Source: Squalus acanthias
Taxonomy: Eukaryota
NCBI GenBank assembly: GCA_030390025.1
Contig: CM059432.1
Coordinates: forward strand, 109,804,001 to 109,868,000
Direction: 5' to 3'
Length of the DNA stretch: 64,000 nt
In this document: positions 1 to 12,589 of the stretch, in pieces
Numbering within the stretch: the stretch's first letter is position 1
Layout: each line of letters starts with the position of its first letter
Position numbers and translations under genes: made by a program
Notes under the pieces: model-generated
Told to the model about the DNA's origin: nothing
Database searches by the model: none
The model's input: only the letters and a program-made list of their open reading frames with translations

Positions 1-165
1 CAGGAAGGATGTTCCCGATGGCCGGGGAGTCCAGAACCAGGGGTCACAGACTAAGGATAAGGGGTAAGCCATTTAGAACAGAGATGAGGAGGAATGTCTT
101 CACCCAACGAGTGGTGAACCTGTGGAATTCTCTACCACAGAAGGCAGTTGAGGCCAACTCATTAA
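1..165 (+). mobile_element. 3' fragment of CR1 LINE ORF2 (RT C-terminus), abutting the next CR1
   Basis: Translates GESRTRGHRLRIRGKPFRTEMRRNVFTQRVVNLWNSLP, then switches abruptly at ~166 into ORF1 sequence (DDHVCGKC). Confidence 0.85.
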
Positions 166-3100
166 ATGACGACCATGTGTGTGGGAAGTGTATCCAGCTG
201 CAGCTACTGATAGACCGCATTACGGTGCTGGAGCTGCGGATGGATGCATATTGGAGCATTCGCGACGCTGAGAACATCGTTGATAGCACGTTTAGTGAGT
301 TGGTCACACCGCAGGCAAAGGGTGTACAGGCAGGAAGTGAATGGGTGACCACCAGGCAGAGTAAGAGGTGCAGGCTGGTAGTGCAAGGGTCCCCTGTGGC
401 CATCCCCCTCTCAAACAGATATACCACTTTGGATTCTGTTGGGGGGGGTGACTTATCAGGGGAAGGCAGCAGCAGCCAATTTCCTGGCACCATGGGTGGC
501 TCTGCTGCACAGGCTGGGAGGAAAAAGTGTGGAAGAGCTATAGTGTAAGGGGAATAGATAGGTGTTTCTGCGGCCGCAAACGAGACTCCAGGATGGTGTG
601 TTGCCTCCCTGGTGCAAGGGTCAAGGATGTCTCGGAGCGGCTACAGAACATTTTGGAGGGGGAGGGCGAACAGCCAGTTGTCGTGGTGCACATAGGCATC
701 AAAGATATAGGTAAAAAACGGGATGTGGTCCTAAAAGCAGAATATAGGAAGTTAGGAGGTAAATTAAAAAATAGGATCTCAAAGGTAGTAATCTCAGGAT
801 TGCTACCAGTGCCACGTGCTAGTCAGAGTAGAAATAGGAAGATATTTCAAATGAATACGTGGCTAGAGGAATGGTGCAAGGGGGAGGGATTCAAATTCCT
901 TGGACATTGGAACCAGTTCTGGGGGAGGTGGGACCAGTACAAACGGGACGGTCTGCACCTGGGCAGGGCCGGGACCGATGTCCTAGGGGGAGGATTTGCT
1001 AGTGCTGTTGGGGAGGGTTTAAACTAAAGTGGCAGGGGGTTGCGTACCTGAGCAGGGAGACAGAGGAAAGGGAAACAAGGATAAAAGCAAAAGACAGGAA
1101 GGAGAAAAACAAAAGTAGAAGGCAAAGAACTCAACGGTTTAAATCAAACATGGTCACAGTAAATAATAATTCATATAGGTCTGAGAGCGTTAAAAAAACA
1201 AGCCTGAAGGCTTTGTGTCTTAATGCAAGGAGCATTCAGAACAAGGTGGATGAATTAGCTGCGCAAATAGAGGTAAATTAATACGATTTGATTGGGATTA
1301 CAGAAACATGGCTCCAGGGTGGCCAAGGCTGGGAACTCAACATCCAGGGGTATTCAATATTTAGGAAAGATAGGCAAAAAAGAAAGGGAGGTGGGGTAGC
1401 ATTGCTGGTTAAAGAGGGGATTAACACAATTGAGAGGAAGGATATTAGCTCTGATGATGCGGAATCTGTATGGGTAGAACTGAGAAATAACAAGGGGCAG
1501 AAAACGTTAGTGGGAGTGGTATATAGACCTCCAAACAGTAATAAGGAGGTTGGGGATGGCATTAAAAGGGAAATTAGAGAAGCATGCAGTAAGGGCACAG
1601 CAGTCATCATGGGTGCCTTTAATTTACATATAGATTGGGCTAACCAAATTAGTAAAAATACTGTGGAGGAGGAATTCCTAGAATGTTTACGGGATGGTTT
1701 TCTGGAACAATATGTCGAGGAACCAACCAGAGATCAGGCCATCTTAGACTGGGTATTATGTAACGAGAAAGGATTAATTAGCAATCTTGTTGTACGAGGC
1801 CCCTTGGGTCAGAGTGATCAAATTATGATAGAATTCTTCATTAGGATGGAGAGTGAAGTAGTTGAATCAGAGACTAGGGTCCTGAATTTAAATAAAGGAA
1901 ACTACGATGGTATGAGGCGCAAATTGGGTAGGATTGATTGGGGAATGTCACTCAAAGGGTTGACGGTGGATAGGCAATGGCAAACATTCAAAGACTGCAT
2001 GGATGAACTACAGAATTTGTTCATCCCAGTGTGGCATAAGAATAAAACAAAAAGGGTGACTCAACCGTGGCTAACAAGGGAAATTAGGGATAGCATAAGA
2101 TCCAAGGAGAGGGCATATAAATTGGCCAGAAAAAGCGGTAACCCTGAGGATTGGGAGCAGTTTAGGATTCAACAAAGGAGGACAAAGGGATTAATTAAGA
2201 AGGGGAAAATAGAATATGAAAGTAAGCTTGCAAGGAACATAAAAACTGACTGTAAGAGCTTTTATAGATATGTGAAGAGAAAAAGATTAGTGAAATCAAG
2301 TGTAGGTCCCTTGCAGTCAGAAGCGGGGGAAGTTATAATGGGGAACAAAGAAATGGCAGACCAATTAAATGCATATTTTAGTTCTGTCTTCACAAAGGAG
2401 GACACAAATAACCTCCCAGAGATGTTGGAGAACATAGGGTCTGATGAAAGGGAGGAACTGAAAGAAATCAGTATTTGCAAGGAAATGGTGTTAGGGAAAT
2501 TGATGGGATTGAAGGCCGATAAATCCCCAGGGCCTGATAATCTACATCCTAGGTTACTTAAGGAAGTGGCCCTAGAAATAGTAGATGCATTGCTGGTCAT
2601 CTTCCAAAATTCTATAGACTCTGAAACAGTTCCCATGGATTGGAGGGTAGCTAATGTAACCCCACTATTTAAAAAAGGTGGTAGAGAGAAAACGGGGAAT
2701 TATAGACTGGTAAGCCTGACATCGGTAGTGGGGAAAATGCTAGAGTCCATTATAAAAGATGTAATAGCTGAGCACTTGAAAAACAGTGACACGATCGGAC
2801 AAAGTCAACATGGATTTACAAAAGGTAAATCGTGCTTGACTAATCTACTGGAATTTTTTGAGGATGTAACTGGGAAAATAGATAAGTGAGAACCAGTAGA
2901 TGTGGTGTATTTGGACTTTCAAAAGGCTTTCGATAAGGTCCCGCATAAGAGATTAGCGTGTAAAGTTAAGGCACATGGGATTGGGGGCAAGGTATTGACT
3001 TGGATAGAGAACTGGTTGGCGGACAGAAAGCAGAGAGTAGGAATTAATGGGTCTTTTTCCGAGTGGCAGGCAGTGACTAGTGGGGTACCGCAGGGTTCGG

Positions 3101-4075
3101 TCCTAGGACCCCAGCTATTCACAATATACATTAATGATCTGGATAAGGGAACTAAATGTAATATATCCAAGTTTGCAGATGACACAAAGCTGGGTGGGTG
3201 TGTGTGCTCCGAGGATGATACTGAGAAACTCCAGGATGATTTGGACAGGTTGGGTGAGTGGGCAGAAACGTGGCAGATGCAATATAACATGGATAAATGC
3301 GAGGTTATCCACTTTGGTGTCAAAAACAGAAAGGCAGACTATTATCTGAATGGCAATAGATTGGGAGAATGGGAAGTGCAACGAGACCTGGGTGTCCTTG
3401 TGCACCAGTCGCTGAAGGTAAGCATGCAGGTGCAGCAGGCGGTGAAGAAGGCAAATGGTATGTTGGCCTTCATAGCGAAAGGGTTTGAGTATAGGAACAG
3501 GGATGTCTTGCTGCAGTTGTACAGGGCCTTGGTGAGACCACACCTTGAGTACTGTGTGCAGTTTTGGTTGCCTTATCTGAGGAAGGATGTTCTTGCCATG
3601 GAAGGAGTTCAGCGAAGATTCACAAGGCTGATACCTGGGATGGCAGGAATGACATATGAGGAGAGATTGGGTCGATTAGGCTTATACTCACTAGAGTTTA
3701 GAAGAATGAGAGGGGATCTCATTGAAACTTATAAAATTCTAACAGGACTGGACAGACTAGATGCAGGAAGGATGTTCCTGATGGTGGGGGAGTCCAGAAC
3801 CAGGGGTCACAGTCTAAGGATAAGGGGTAAGCCATTTAGGACAGAAATGAGGAAGAATTTCTTCACCCAGAGAGTGGTGAACCTGTGGAATTCTCTACCA
3901 TAGAAGATAGTTGAGGCCAAGTCATTAAATATATTCAAGAATGAGTTAGATATATTTCTTAAAGCTAAAGGTATCAAGGGATATGGGCAGAAGGCAGGTA
4001 CAGGGTACTGAGTTTGGATGATCAGCCATGATCTCATCGAATGGCGGAGCAGGCTCGAGGGGCCGAATGGCCTAC
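166..4075 (+). mobile_element. Near full-length degenerate CR1 LINE (ORF1 Zn-finger/SGNH esterase; ORF2 APE endonuclease + RT)
   Basis: ORF1 CGKC...VCCLPGARV...DGLHL; ORF2 [40 protein letters not shown]; several stops; CR1 3' UTR at ~3990-4075. Confidence 0.95.
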
Positions 4076-4272
4076 TCCTGCTCCTATCTTCTGTGAATCT
4101 ATTCAAGAAGGAGTTAGATATATTTCTGAAGGCTAAAGGGATCAAGGGATATGGGGAGAAGGCAGTGACAGGGTACTGAATTTGGATGATCAGCCATGAT
4201 CTCATTGAATGGCGGAGCAGGCTCGAGGGGATGAATGGCCTACTCCTGCTCTTATCTTCTATGATTCTATGA
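4076..4272 (+). mobile_element. Second CR1 3' end in tandem with the preceding element
   Basis: Repeats ATTCAAG..GAGTTAGATATATTTCT...GGCCTACTCCTGCT and ends in a TTCTATGATTCTATG tail. Confidence 0.85.
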
Positions 4273-4970
4273 CCTGAGGGCCCTTGTGCATGAAACACAA
4301 AAAGTTAGCAAGTAATCAAAAAGGCAAATGGAATGTTGGCCTTTATTTCAAAGGGGTTGGAGTATAAAAGCAGGGAAGTCCTGCTACAACTGTACAGGGT
4401 ATTGGTGAGACCACACCTCGAGTACGGCGTACAGTTTTGGTCTCCTTATTTAAGGAAGGATATACTTGCATTGGAGGCAGTTGAGAGACGATTCACTAGG
4501 TTAATTCCAGAGATGAGGGGGTTGACTTATGAGGAAAGGTTGAGCAGGCTGGGCCTATACTCATTGGAACTTAGAAGAATGAGAGGTGATCTTATTGAAA
4601 CATATAAGATACTGAGGGGGCTCGACAAGATAGATGCAGAGAGGATGTTTCCCCTCGTGGGGAAATTTAGAACATAGGGGCACAGTTTTAGAATAAAGGG
4701 TCGCCCTTTTAGAACTGAGATGAGGAGGAATTTCTTCTCCGAGGGTCGTAAATCTGTGGAATTCTCTGCCCCAGAGAGCTGTGGAGGCTGGGTCATTAAA
4801 TAAATTTAAAGTGGAGATAGACAGATTTTTGCAAGATAAGGGAGTGAAGGGTTATGGGGAGCAGGCGGGGAAGTGGCTTTGAGCCCAAGATCAGCCATGA
4901 TCTTATTGAATGGCGGATAGGCTCGAGGGGCCAAGTGTCCTATTCCTGCTCCTATTTCTTATGCTCTTAT
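4273..4970 (+). mobile_element. 5'-truncated CR1 (RT C-terminus + 3' UTR)
   Basis: ORF 4333-4677 LVRPHLEYGVQFWSP...RRMRGDLIE; tail TTCTTATGCTCTTATG. Confidence 0.9.
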
Positions 4971-4974
4971 GGTA

Positions 4975-5130
4975 TGGTGCGAGAGTCCACGGTACAGTGT
5001 GATTGACCAGGGTATAGTGAGAGAGACCAGGGTATAGTGTGAGGATTCTGGGTACAGTGCGAGAGACCAGGGTAAACTGTGAGGGACCAGGGTACAGTGT
5101 GACACTAGGGTTCAGTGCAAGGGACCGGGA
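4975..5130. repeat. ~20-bp minisatellite, consensus ~ACCAGGGTACAGTGTGAGGG, about 8 degenerate units
   Basis: Repeated CCAGGGTA(C/T)AGTG units at ~20-bp spacing. Confidence 0.85.
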
Positions 5131-6015
5131 ACTGGACTGTTGAGCAAGCTTGTGGGAGTGGCTTAGGGAATTGGATTGAATCCAGGCTAACAACAGAAAA
5201 CGCTGGAAAAACTCAGCAGGCCAGGCAGCATCTGTGGAGAGAGAAACAGAGTCAACGTTAACTCTGTTTCTCTCTCCACGGATGCTGCCTGGCCTGCTGA
5301 GTTTTTCCAGCGTTTTCTGTTGTTATTTTGGATTTCCAGCATCCGCAGTATTTTGCTATTGAATCCAGGCTAGCCTGACTAAGGTGCATTCATATGCAAA
5401 CGACCATGCCCTCACATCAACAAAGTACAGTCCCAACTGAAACTGGTGGAAGGCAGGAGATGGCCAGGCCATTGTTTTCCAGGAGATAAGATTGAAACCC
5501 ATTACCTGCTAATGGGGGCCATCAACACAGGATACGACAGACATCCAGTGATCAGCACTCATTGTCTCTCCAGGTGCCAGGCCTGGGAGCAGGGATCATC
5601 TTTCACAAAGATTTCAAAGGTAATGAGTCACTCCAGGCCACAGGGGGTCCAGACAGATCACCTGAGTCAATTCATTGATCAGGATTGGCGGGAGGAAAAG
5701 GCGATGGGTTTTTCGATATATCAGGGAGCCGTTCGAGGGCTGGGCTGGCACTTTTCCCTTCTCCTCAGCATCAGTCTACAGCGAGTCTCCCGAGTGGGGC
5801 TCGGCTCGACGGAACACCGCCAGAAGCTGAGCGCTGCTCTTCATCCCTCATCAACGGACCTCGACTCAAACTGGAACTTGGAACTGCGTCGGCGGTACGG
5901 AACCAGGAGCGCGACGTACAGGAAGAAGCTGCAAGCAAGACAACGAGCAATTGGGGTGAGCATATTGCCTGCGCCTACACATCCACAAGACCACTTAGCT
6001 GTGTGAGGGGGTGAT
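5131..6015 (+). mobile_element. Putative 3' internal region of the retrovirus-like element (possible degraded env), ending in a PPT-like tract
   Basis: Non-LINE sequence with ORFs 5446-6006 and 5685-6014, ending GAGGGGGTGAT immediately before the LTR's TG. Confidence 0.5.
5190..5357. mobile_element. Penelope-like foldback element (palindrome with ~66-bp arms) with 15-bp target-site duplication
   Basis: AACAACAGAAAACGCTGG...CAGAGTCAAC|GTTAACTCTG...CCAGCGTTTTCTGTTGTT; ATTGAATCCAGGCTA on both sides; family assignment is from resemblance to shark Penelope-type repeats. Confidence 0.75.
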
Positions 6016-6303
6016 TGTAAGTCCCAACCGAACCTTAGAGGGGTTTAGTGCTGGGGTCCTGTGTATTGTTTATTTTACGGGAGGGTTCTTTTATTAGACC
6101 GTGGTAATTTAGCATGGTAGGGCTTGTTGGACAAGCCAGGGTTGTATTGTTTTGTCGTGTTACGAGTGTTATTGTTAATCTTATTAAACACAATACGGTT
6201 GAGCTCAAACGGGTGTCTGAGTCTGATCTGTCCATATAATCCCTATCGTCCAGAACTTGCAGTAAGAGGTGTGTTTTCCGTACGCCCAAGAAAACCACTT
6301 ACA
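6016..6303 (+). mobile_element. LTR (288 bp) of retrovirus-like element
   Basis: Terminal inverted repeats TGTAAGT...ACTTACA (TG...CA); ATTAAA at 6183-6188; followed by PBS and gag. Confidence 0.8.
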
Positions 6304-6308
6304 GAGAT

Positions 6309-6327
6309 TGGCGACCATCGGCAGGAC
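6309..6327 (+). promoter_or_regulatory. Primer-binding site, tRNA-Arg-like
   Basis: TGGCGACCATCGGCAGGAC 5 nt after the LTR; starts with TGG and resembles the complement of vertebrate tRNA-Arg 3' ends (from recall, imperfect match). Confidence 0.65.
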
Positions 6328-6347
6328 GATAGGTTTTGTGTCAGATC

Positions 6348-6638
6348 ATGGATAGTTTTAAGGGCAAGAGACCCGGAATGGAGGATAGGATTTCCTCCTA
6401 CGTGTTCAATAAGATTAACGTGTCTCAGCCATGGGTGCTGGAGATGCTGCGCTCTGAGAGTCCCCAGGATAGGGCTGCAGAGTGGACAGGTAGCCCAGAT
6501 CACAGGAAGTCAAAGGAGAAAGCGATTTGGCTCCTGTGTCTGCAGAAGCAAGTTCAACTGCTCAGGGAGCGGGTTGAAAAGCTAGGGAACGAACTTAGAG
6601 TCTGAGGATAGGTCAGACGCAAGGGAGATAGTCGGGAG
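6348..6638 (+). pseudogene. gag: gag 5' part of retrovirus-like element (continues at 18165)
   Basis: ATG 21 nt after the PBS; MDSFKGKRPG...AIWLLCLQKQVQLLRERVEKL; ends ...AREIVG at the RTE insertion. Confidence 0.7.
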
Positions 6639-7287
6639 TAGCAGGCAGGCAGTCCCTCGGAACCGAGGATGACTTGCTTCCACATTAAAAATGAGTTCGC
6701 AGGTGACTGATGAGTCCAATGCGGGACCTACAGTCTCTGTCACAGGTGGGGCAGACGGTGGTTGAAGAGGCGGGTGGGTGGGGTGCTTGGGTTGACGTGC
6801 GCTCCTTGCGCTGCTTGCGCTTGGCTTCCGTTTGCTCCCAGCGAAGAGTCTCGAGGTGTTCGGCACCTGGGGCTCTCTTGCCGTGCCGGAGCTCCGAGTA
6901 GAGCGCTTGTTTCGGGAGTCTCGTATCGGGCATGCAGACAATGTGACCCATCCATCGGAGCTGATCGAGTGTGGTCAAAGCTTCGATGCTGGGGACGTTG
7001 GCCTGAGCGAGAACACTGATGTTGGGGCGCCTATCCTGCCAATGGATTTGCAGGATCTTGTGGAGGCAGCGTTGGTGGTACCTCTCCAGTGCTTTGAGGT
7101 GCCTGCTGTACATGGTCCATGTCTCTGAGGCATACAGGAGGGCGGGTATCACTGCTGCTCTGTAGACCATGAGCTTAGTGCCGGGTTTGAGGTCCTGGTC
7201 TTCAAACACTCTCTTCCTCAGGCGACCGAAGGCTGCACTGGCACACTGAAGGCGGTGTTGGACTTCGTCATCAACGTCTGCCCTTGT
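6639..7287 (-). mobile_element. RTE-clade LINE, 3' part
   Basis: RADVDDEVQHRLQCASAAFGRL...YASETW...QLRWMGH...CPTCDRDCRSRIGLISHLRTH; 3' end GCAAGTCATCCTCGGTTCCGAGGGACTGCC. Confidence 0.9.
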
Positions 7288-10200
7288 TACATAGATACAT
7301 AGAAGAGTACAGCACAGTACAGGCCCTTCGGCCCTCGATGTTGTGCCGAGCATTGTCCGAGACCAAGATCAAGCTATCACACTCCCTATCACTCTGGTGT
7401 GCTCCATGTGCTTATCCAATAACCGCTTGAAAGTTCCTAAAGTGTCCGACTCCACTATCACAGCAGGCAGGCCATTCCACACCCCAACCACTCTCTGAGT
7501 AAAGAATCTACCTCGGACATCCCTTCTATATCTCCCCCCATGCACCTTATAGTTATGCCCCCTTGTAACAGCTGCCTCTACCCGAGGAAATAGTCTCTGA
7601 ACATCCACTCTTTCTATCCCCCTCATCATCTTATAAACCTCTATTAAGTCGCCTCTCATCCTCCTCCGCTCTAAAGAGAAAAGCCCCAACTCCCTCAATC
7701 TTTCCTCATAAGACCTCCCCCCCAAACCAGGCAGCATCCTGGTAAATCTCCTTTGCACTCTTTCCAATGCTTCCACGTCCTTCCTATAGTGAGGTGACCA
7801 GAACTGCACACAATATTCCAAATGTGGTCTCACCAAGGTCCTGTACAGTTGCAGCATAACCTCACGGTTCTTAAACTCAAACCCTCTGTTAATAAACGCC
7901 AACACACCATAGGCCTTCTTTACTGCTCTATCCACTTGAGTGGCAACCTTCAGAGATCTGTGGATATGAACCCCCAGATCCCTCTGCTCCTCCACGTTCC
8001 TCAGAACCCTGCCGTTGACCCTGTAATCCTTATTCAAATTTGCCCTACCAAAATGAATCACCTCGCACTTATCAGGGTTAAATTCCATCTGCCATTTTTC
8101 GGCCCAGCTCTGCATCCTATCAATGTCTCTTTGCAGCCTACAACTGCCCTCCACCTCATCCACTACTCCACCAATCTTGGTGTCATCAGCAAATTTACTG
8201 ATCCACCCTTCAGTCCCCTCCTCCAAGTCATTGATAAAAATCACAAACAGCAGAGGACCCAGCACCGACCCCTGTGGCACACCGCTGGTAACTGGTCTCC
8301 AGTCCGAAAATGTTCCATCCACCACCACCCTCTGCCTTCTATGAGATAGCCAGTTACTTATCCAATCGGCCAAATTTCCCTCTATCCCACAACTCCTTAC
8401 TTTCTTCATGAGACGACCATGGGGAACCTTATCAAACGCCTTACTAAAATCCATGTATACGACATCAACTGCTCTACCTTCATCCACACACTTAGTTACC
8501 TCCTCAAAGAATTCAATCAAATTTGTTAGGCAAGACTTACCCTTCACAAATCCGTGTTGACTATCCCTGATTAAGTTGCCCCTTTCCAAATGGTCATAAA
8601 TCCTATCCCTCAGGACCTTTTCCATTATCTTACCAACCACCGAAGTAAGACTAACCGGCCTATAATTACCAGGGTCATTCCTATTTCCTTTCTTGAAGAG
8701 AGGAACAACATTCGCCACTCTCCAGTCCTCTGGCACCATCCCCGTGGACAGTGAGGACCCAAAGATCAAAGCCAGAGGCTCTGCAATCTCCTCCCTTGCC
8801 TCCCAAAGAATCCTAGGATATATCCCATCTGGCCCAGGGGACTTATCGACCCTCAGGTTCTTCAAAATTGCTAAAACATCTTCCCTCAGAACATCTACCA
8901 CCTCCAGCCTATCCACCTTTATCACACTCTCATCCTCAAGAACATGGCCCCTCTCCTCGGTAAACACTGACGAAAAGTATTCATTCATCACCTCTCCTAT
9001 CTCTTCTGACTCCATGCACAAGTTCCCACTACTGTCCTTGACCGGCCCTACCCTCACCCTGGTCAGTCTCTTATTTCTCACATAAGAGTAAAAAGCCTTG
9101 GGGTTTTTCTTGATCCGACCCGCCAAGGACTTCTCATGCCCCCTCCTAGCTCTCCTAAGCTCTTTTTTTAGCTCATTCCTTGCTACCTTGTACCCCTCAA
9201 TCGACCCAACTGAACCTTGTTTTCTCATCCTTACATACGCTTCCTTTTTCCTCTTGACTAGACATTCAACCTCTTTTGTGAACCATGGTTCTCTCACTCG
9301 GCCATTTCCTCCCTGCCTGACAGGGACATACCTATCAAGGACACGCAGTAATTGCTCCATGAAAAACTCCACTTTTCGTTTGTGCCTTTCCCTGATAGTT
9401 TCTGTTCCCATCTTATACTCCCTAATTCTTGCCTAATCGCATCATAATTACCCCTCCCCCAATTATAAACCCTGCCCTGCCGTATGGCCCTATCCCTCTC
9501 CATTGTAATAGTGAAAGTTACCGAATTGTGGTCACTATCTCCAAAGTGCTCTCCCACATACAAATCAAACACTTGGCCCGGTTCATTACCCAGTACCAAA
9601 TCCAACGTGGCCCCAGCTCTTGTCGGCCTATCCACATATTGTGTCAGGAAACCCTCCTGCACACACTGTGCAAAAACTATCCCATCCGAACTGTTTGACC
9701 TATAAAGGTTCCAATCAATATTTGGAAAGTTGAAGTCACCCATGACAACTATTCTGTGACCTCCACACCTATTCATAATCTGCTTTGCAATTTCTTCCTC
9801 CACATCTTTATTACTATTTGGGGGCCTGTAGAAAACTCCTAACAACGTGACCGCTCCTTTCCTATTTCTAACTTCAGCCCATATTACCTCAGACGGCAGA
9901 TCCCCCTCGAACTGCCTTTCTGCCGCTGTTAAACTATCCTTGATTAACAATGCTACTCCTCCACCTTTCTTACCAACTTCCCTACTCTTACTGAAACATC
10001 TATACCCCGGAACTTCCAACAACCATTCCTGTCCCTGTTCTAACCATGTCTCCGTAATGGCCACCACATCGTAGTCCCAAGTACCAATCCACGCTCCAAG
10101 TTCTCCTACCTTATTCCGGATGCTCCTTGCATTGAAGTAGACACACTTCAAGCCATCTTCCTGTCTGCCGGTACATTCCTGCGACCTTGATACCCTCCTC

Positions 10201-10867
10201 AGTACCTCCCTACACTCACCACTGGCTCGTGGACTACAGCCCTTTTTCCCATCCCCCTGACAAATTAGTTTAAACCCCCCCGAAGAGCCGTAGCAAATTT
10301 CCCTCCCAGGATATTGGTGCCCCTCTGGTTCAGGTGCAAACCGTCCTGTTTGTACAGGTCCCACCTTCCCCAGAATGTGCTCCAATTATCCACATAACTG
10401 AAACCCTCCCCCCTACACCATCCCTGCAGCCACGTGTTTATCTGCACTCTCTCCCTGTTCCTCAACTCGCTAGCACGTGGCACCGGCAACAAACCAGAAA
10501 TTACAACATGGTTTGTACTGGCTCTCAGCTTCCAACCTAGCTCCCTAAATTCCTGTTTTAAATCCCCGTCCCTTCTCCTACCTATGTCGTTGGTACCGAT
10601 GTGTACCACGACTTGTGATTGTTCCCCTTCCCCTTTGAGGATTCTGAAAACACGGTCCGAGACGTCACGGACCCTGGCACCCGGGAGGCAACATACCATC
10701 CGTGAGTCTCTTTTGCTGCCACAGAACCTCCTATCTGTCCCTCTGACTATTGAGTCCCCAATAACTATTGCTCTCCTGCTCTCCCCCCTTCCCTTCTGAG
10801 CCACAGGGACGGACCCAGCGCCAGAGATCCGGTCACCGTGGCTTACCACTGGTAAGTCGTCCCCCTC
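7288..10867 (-). mobile_element. Young CR1 LINE (CR1-A), 5'-truncated in ORF1; ORF2 intact except for one frameshift
   Basis: ORF1 esterase part 10265-10860 (IVIGDS, DGLHLN); endonuclease ORF to 9294; 680-aa RT ORF 7369-9411; frameshift in the T-run near 9365. Confidence 0.95.
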
Positions 10868-11264
10868 TTTTGTAAATTTTCCCTGGCATTTGGTGCCAGT
10901 ACAGATCTCCTCCAGCAGTGCATAGGATGTCTCAACGGCAAAAAAATGTCCTATATCCAATCAACAGCCCCAGTCAACATTACGATTCCTCTCCTCTCTT
11001 CAGCAAAAAAAAACACAACTACACTAGGTGAAGACTTTAAATCCAAAAATGTGAACTTATTTGGTCAATAGGGAATAGCATATTGGTTATATCCAATTTA
11101 GAAAAGTCCCATCCTATACCCATTTATTTTGGTTTGGCACAAAATGGCATATTACTTTGAACCAGAATTTCATTGCATTCCAATGACAGACATTCCTATG
11201 TGAATAAGATAGTCAAAACCGCTACCAGTCTATGCAGAAAATTTCACAAAAAGGACTTTAATTA

Positions 11265-11594
<330 letters not shown>

Positions 11595-12405
11595 TTAAAA
11601 TTCTGCTCTACATTAATCCTCAGAAACACATTTCCTTTGTAGCTTGAATATGCACATACAAATAGATCAGACCAAATAATTCATGCAGAAAATGTGTGGT
11701 AAATGCACTATGGCATGTCTGCTTGTTGGGCAATACTGTATTCAATACAGTTTGTTCATCATTATCTCAAAGTTGTGCTTCAACTTGAGGCCCATGAAAG
11801 CACCCTAGTAAGAGTCACAAAATAAAACAACCAGTACACTCTGGATGGAGAAGAAACATTTAAGTACTTTTTTTTCCCCAAAACACAGCTGTGAAGCGGA
11901 AGCCTCAGTAAGCAAAATTGACATGTTGGCTGCAAACAGGGTCTATTATTTAAACCTGAGCATTACTTGCGCAAATGCATCTACTATCGAATGCTATCAA
12001 AATACAAGCTACAGCATCTAGTTAGTAGTGGGCTAGCACAGGAAATGGGATTGGAATAGATCCAGTTGAGGAGCTAGCACAGACATGATGTGCTGAATTC
12101 TGCACTGTAATTTAAAAAAAATCTGTAAGCTAATGAAGTCATGTCATTGCAGTAATTTGTACATTTCATTGCAGTAGATTGTACACAAAAAACCTGCCAC
12201 TCTATTGAATTGACAGTTTGAATCAATGTACAGTAGGATCACAGTGAAGTTTTAAGTAAAATTCTAATTTACATTAAACCTCCCCATGCATTTTGTAAGA
12301 AGCTGTACTGACATTAGGTAGAGGTCTATAAACTGTACTGCCCTACCCTCCTGCAAAAGGAGAACATGAATGCAGGTGACTGACTGTCGGAAAAAGGTTG
12401 GAAGA

Positions 12406-12443
<38 letters not shown>

Positions 12444-12444
12444 G
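12406..12444. repeat. (TA)n(CA)n microsatellite, followed by a short Penelope-like fragment to ~12500
   Basis: Direct observation; length differs from the copy at ~41338. Confidence 0.9.
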
Positions 12445-12589
12445 ACCTGAAACCTTAACTGTTGACCTGCTGAGTATCTCCAGCATTTTCTGTTTTTATT
12501 ACACATTAGATGGCTTTGTTCCCAGTACAGCCCGAGGATACAATATACAGAACTGAAGCCAATGATTGGGGTTATCAACTATCCACTTG

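Noticed and set aside
4975..5130. Regularly spaced short repeats resembling a CRISPR array
   Set aside because: Units are contiguous ~20-mers with no unique spacers, there are no cas genes, and the context is eukaryotic; this is a minisatellite
5240..5270. Hammerhead ribozyme in the Penelope-like foldback
   Set aside because: The CTGANGA...GAAA catalytic core is absent at the hairpin centre
7822..10799. Many 60-200 aa ORFs antisense to the LINEs (here and throughout the window)
   Set aside because: Shadow ORFs of CR1, RTE and pol coding strands with no independent motifs
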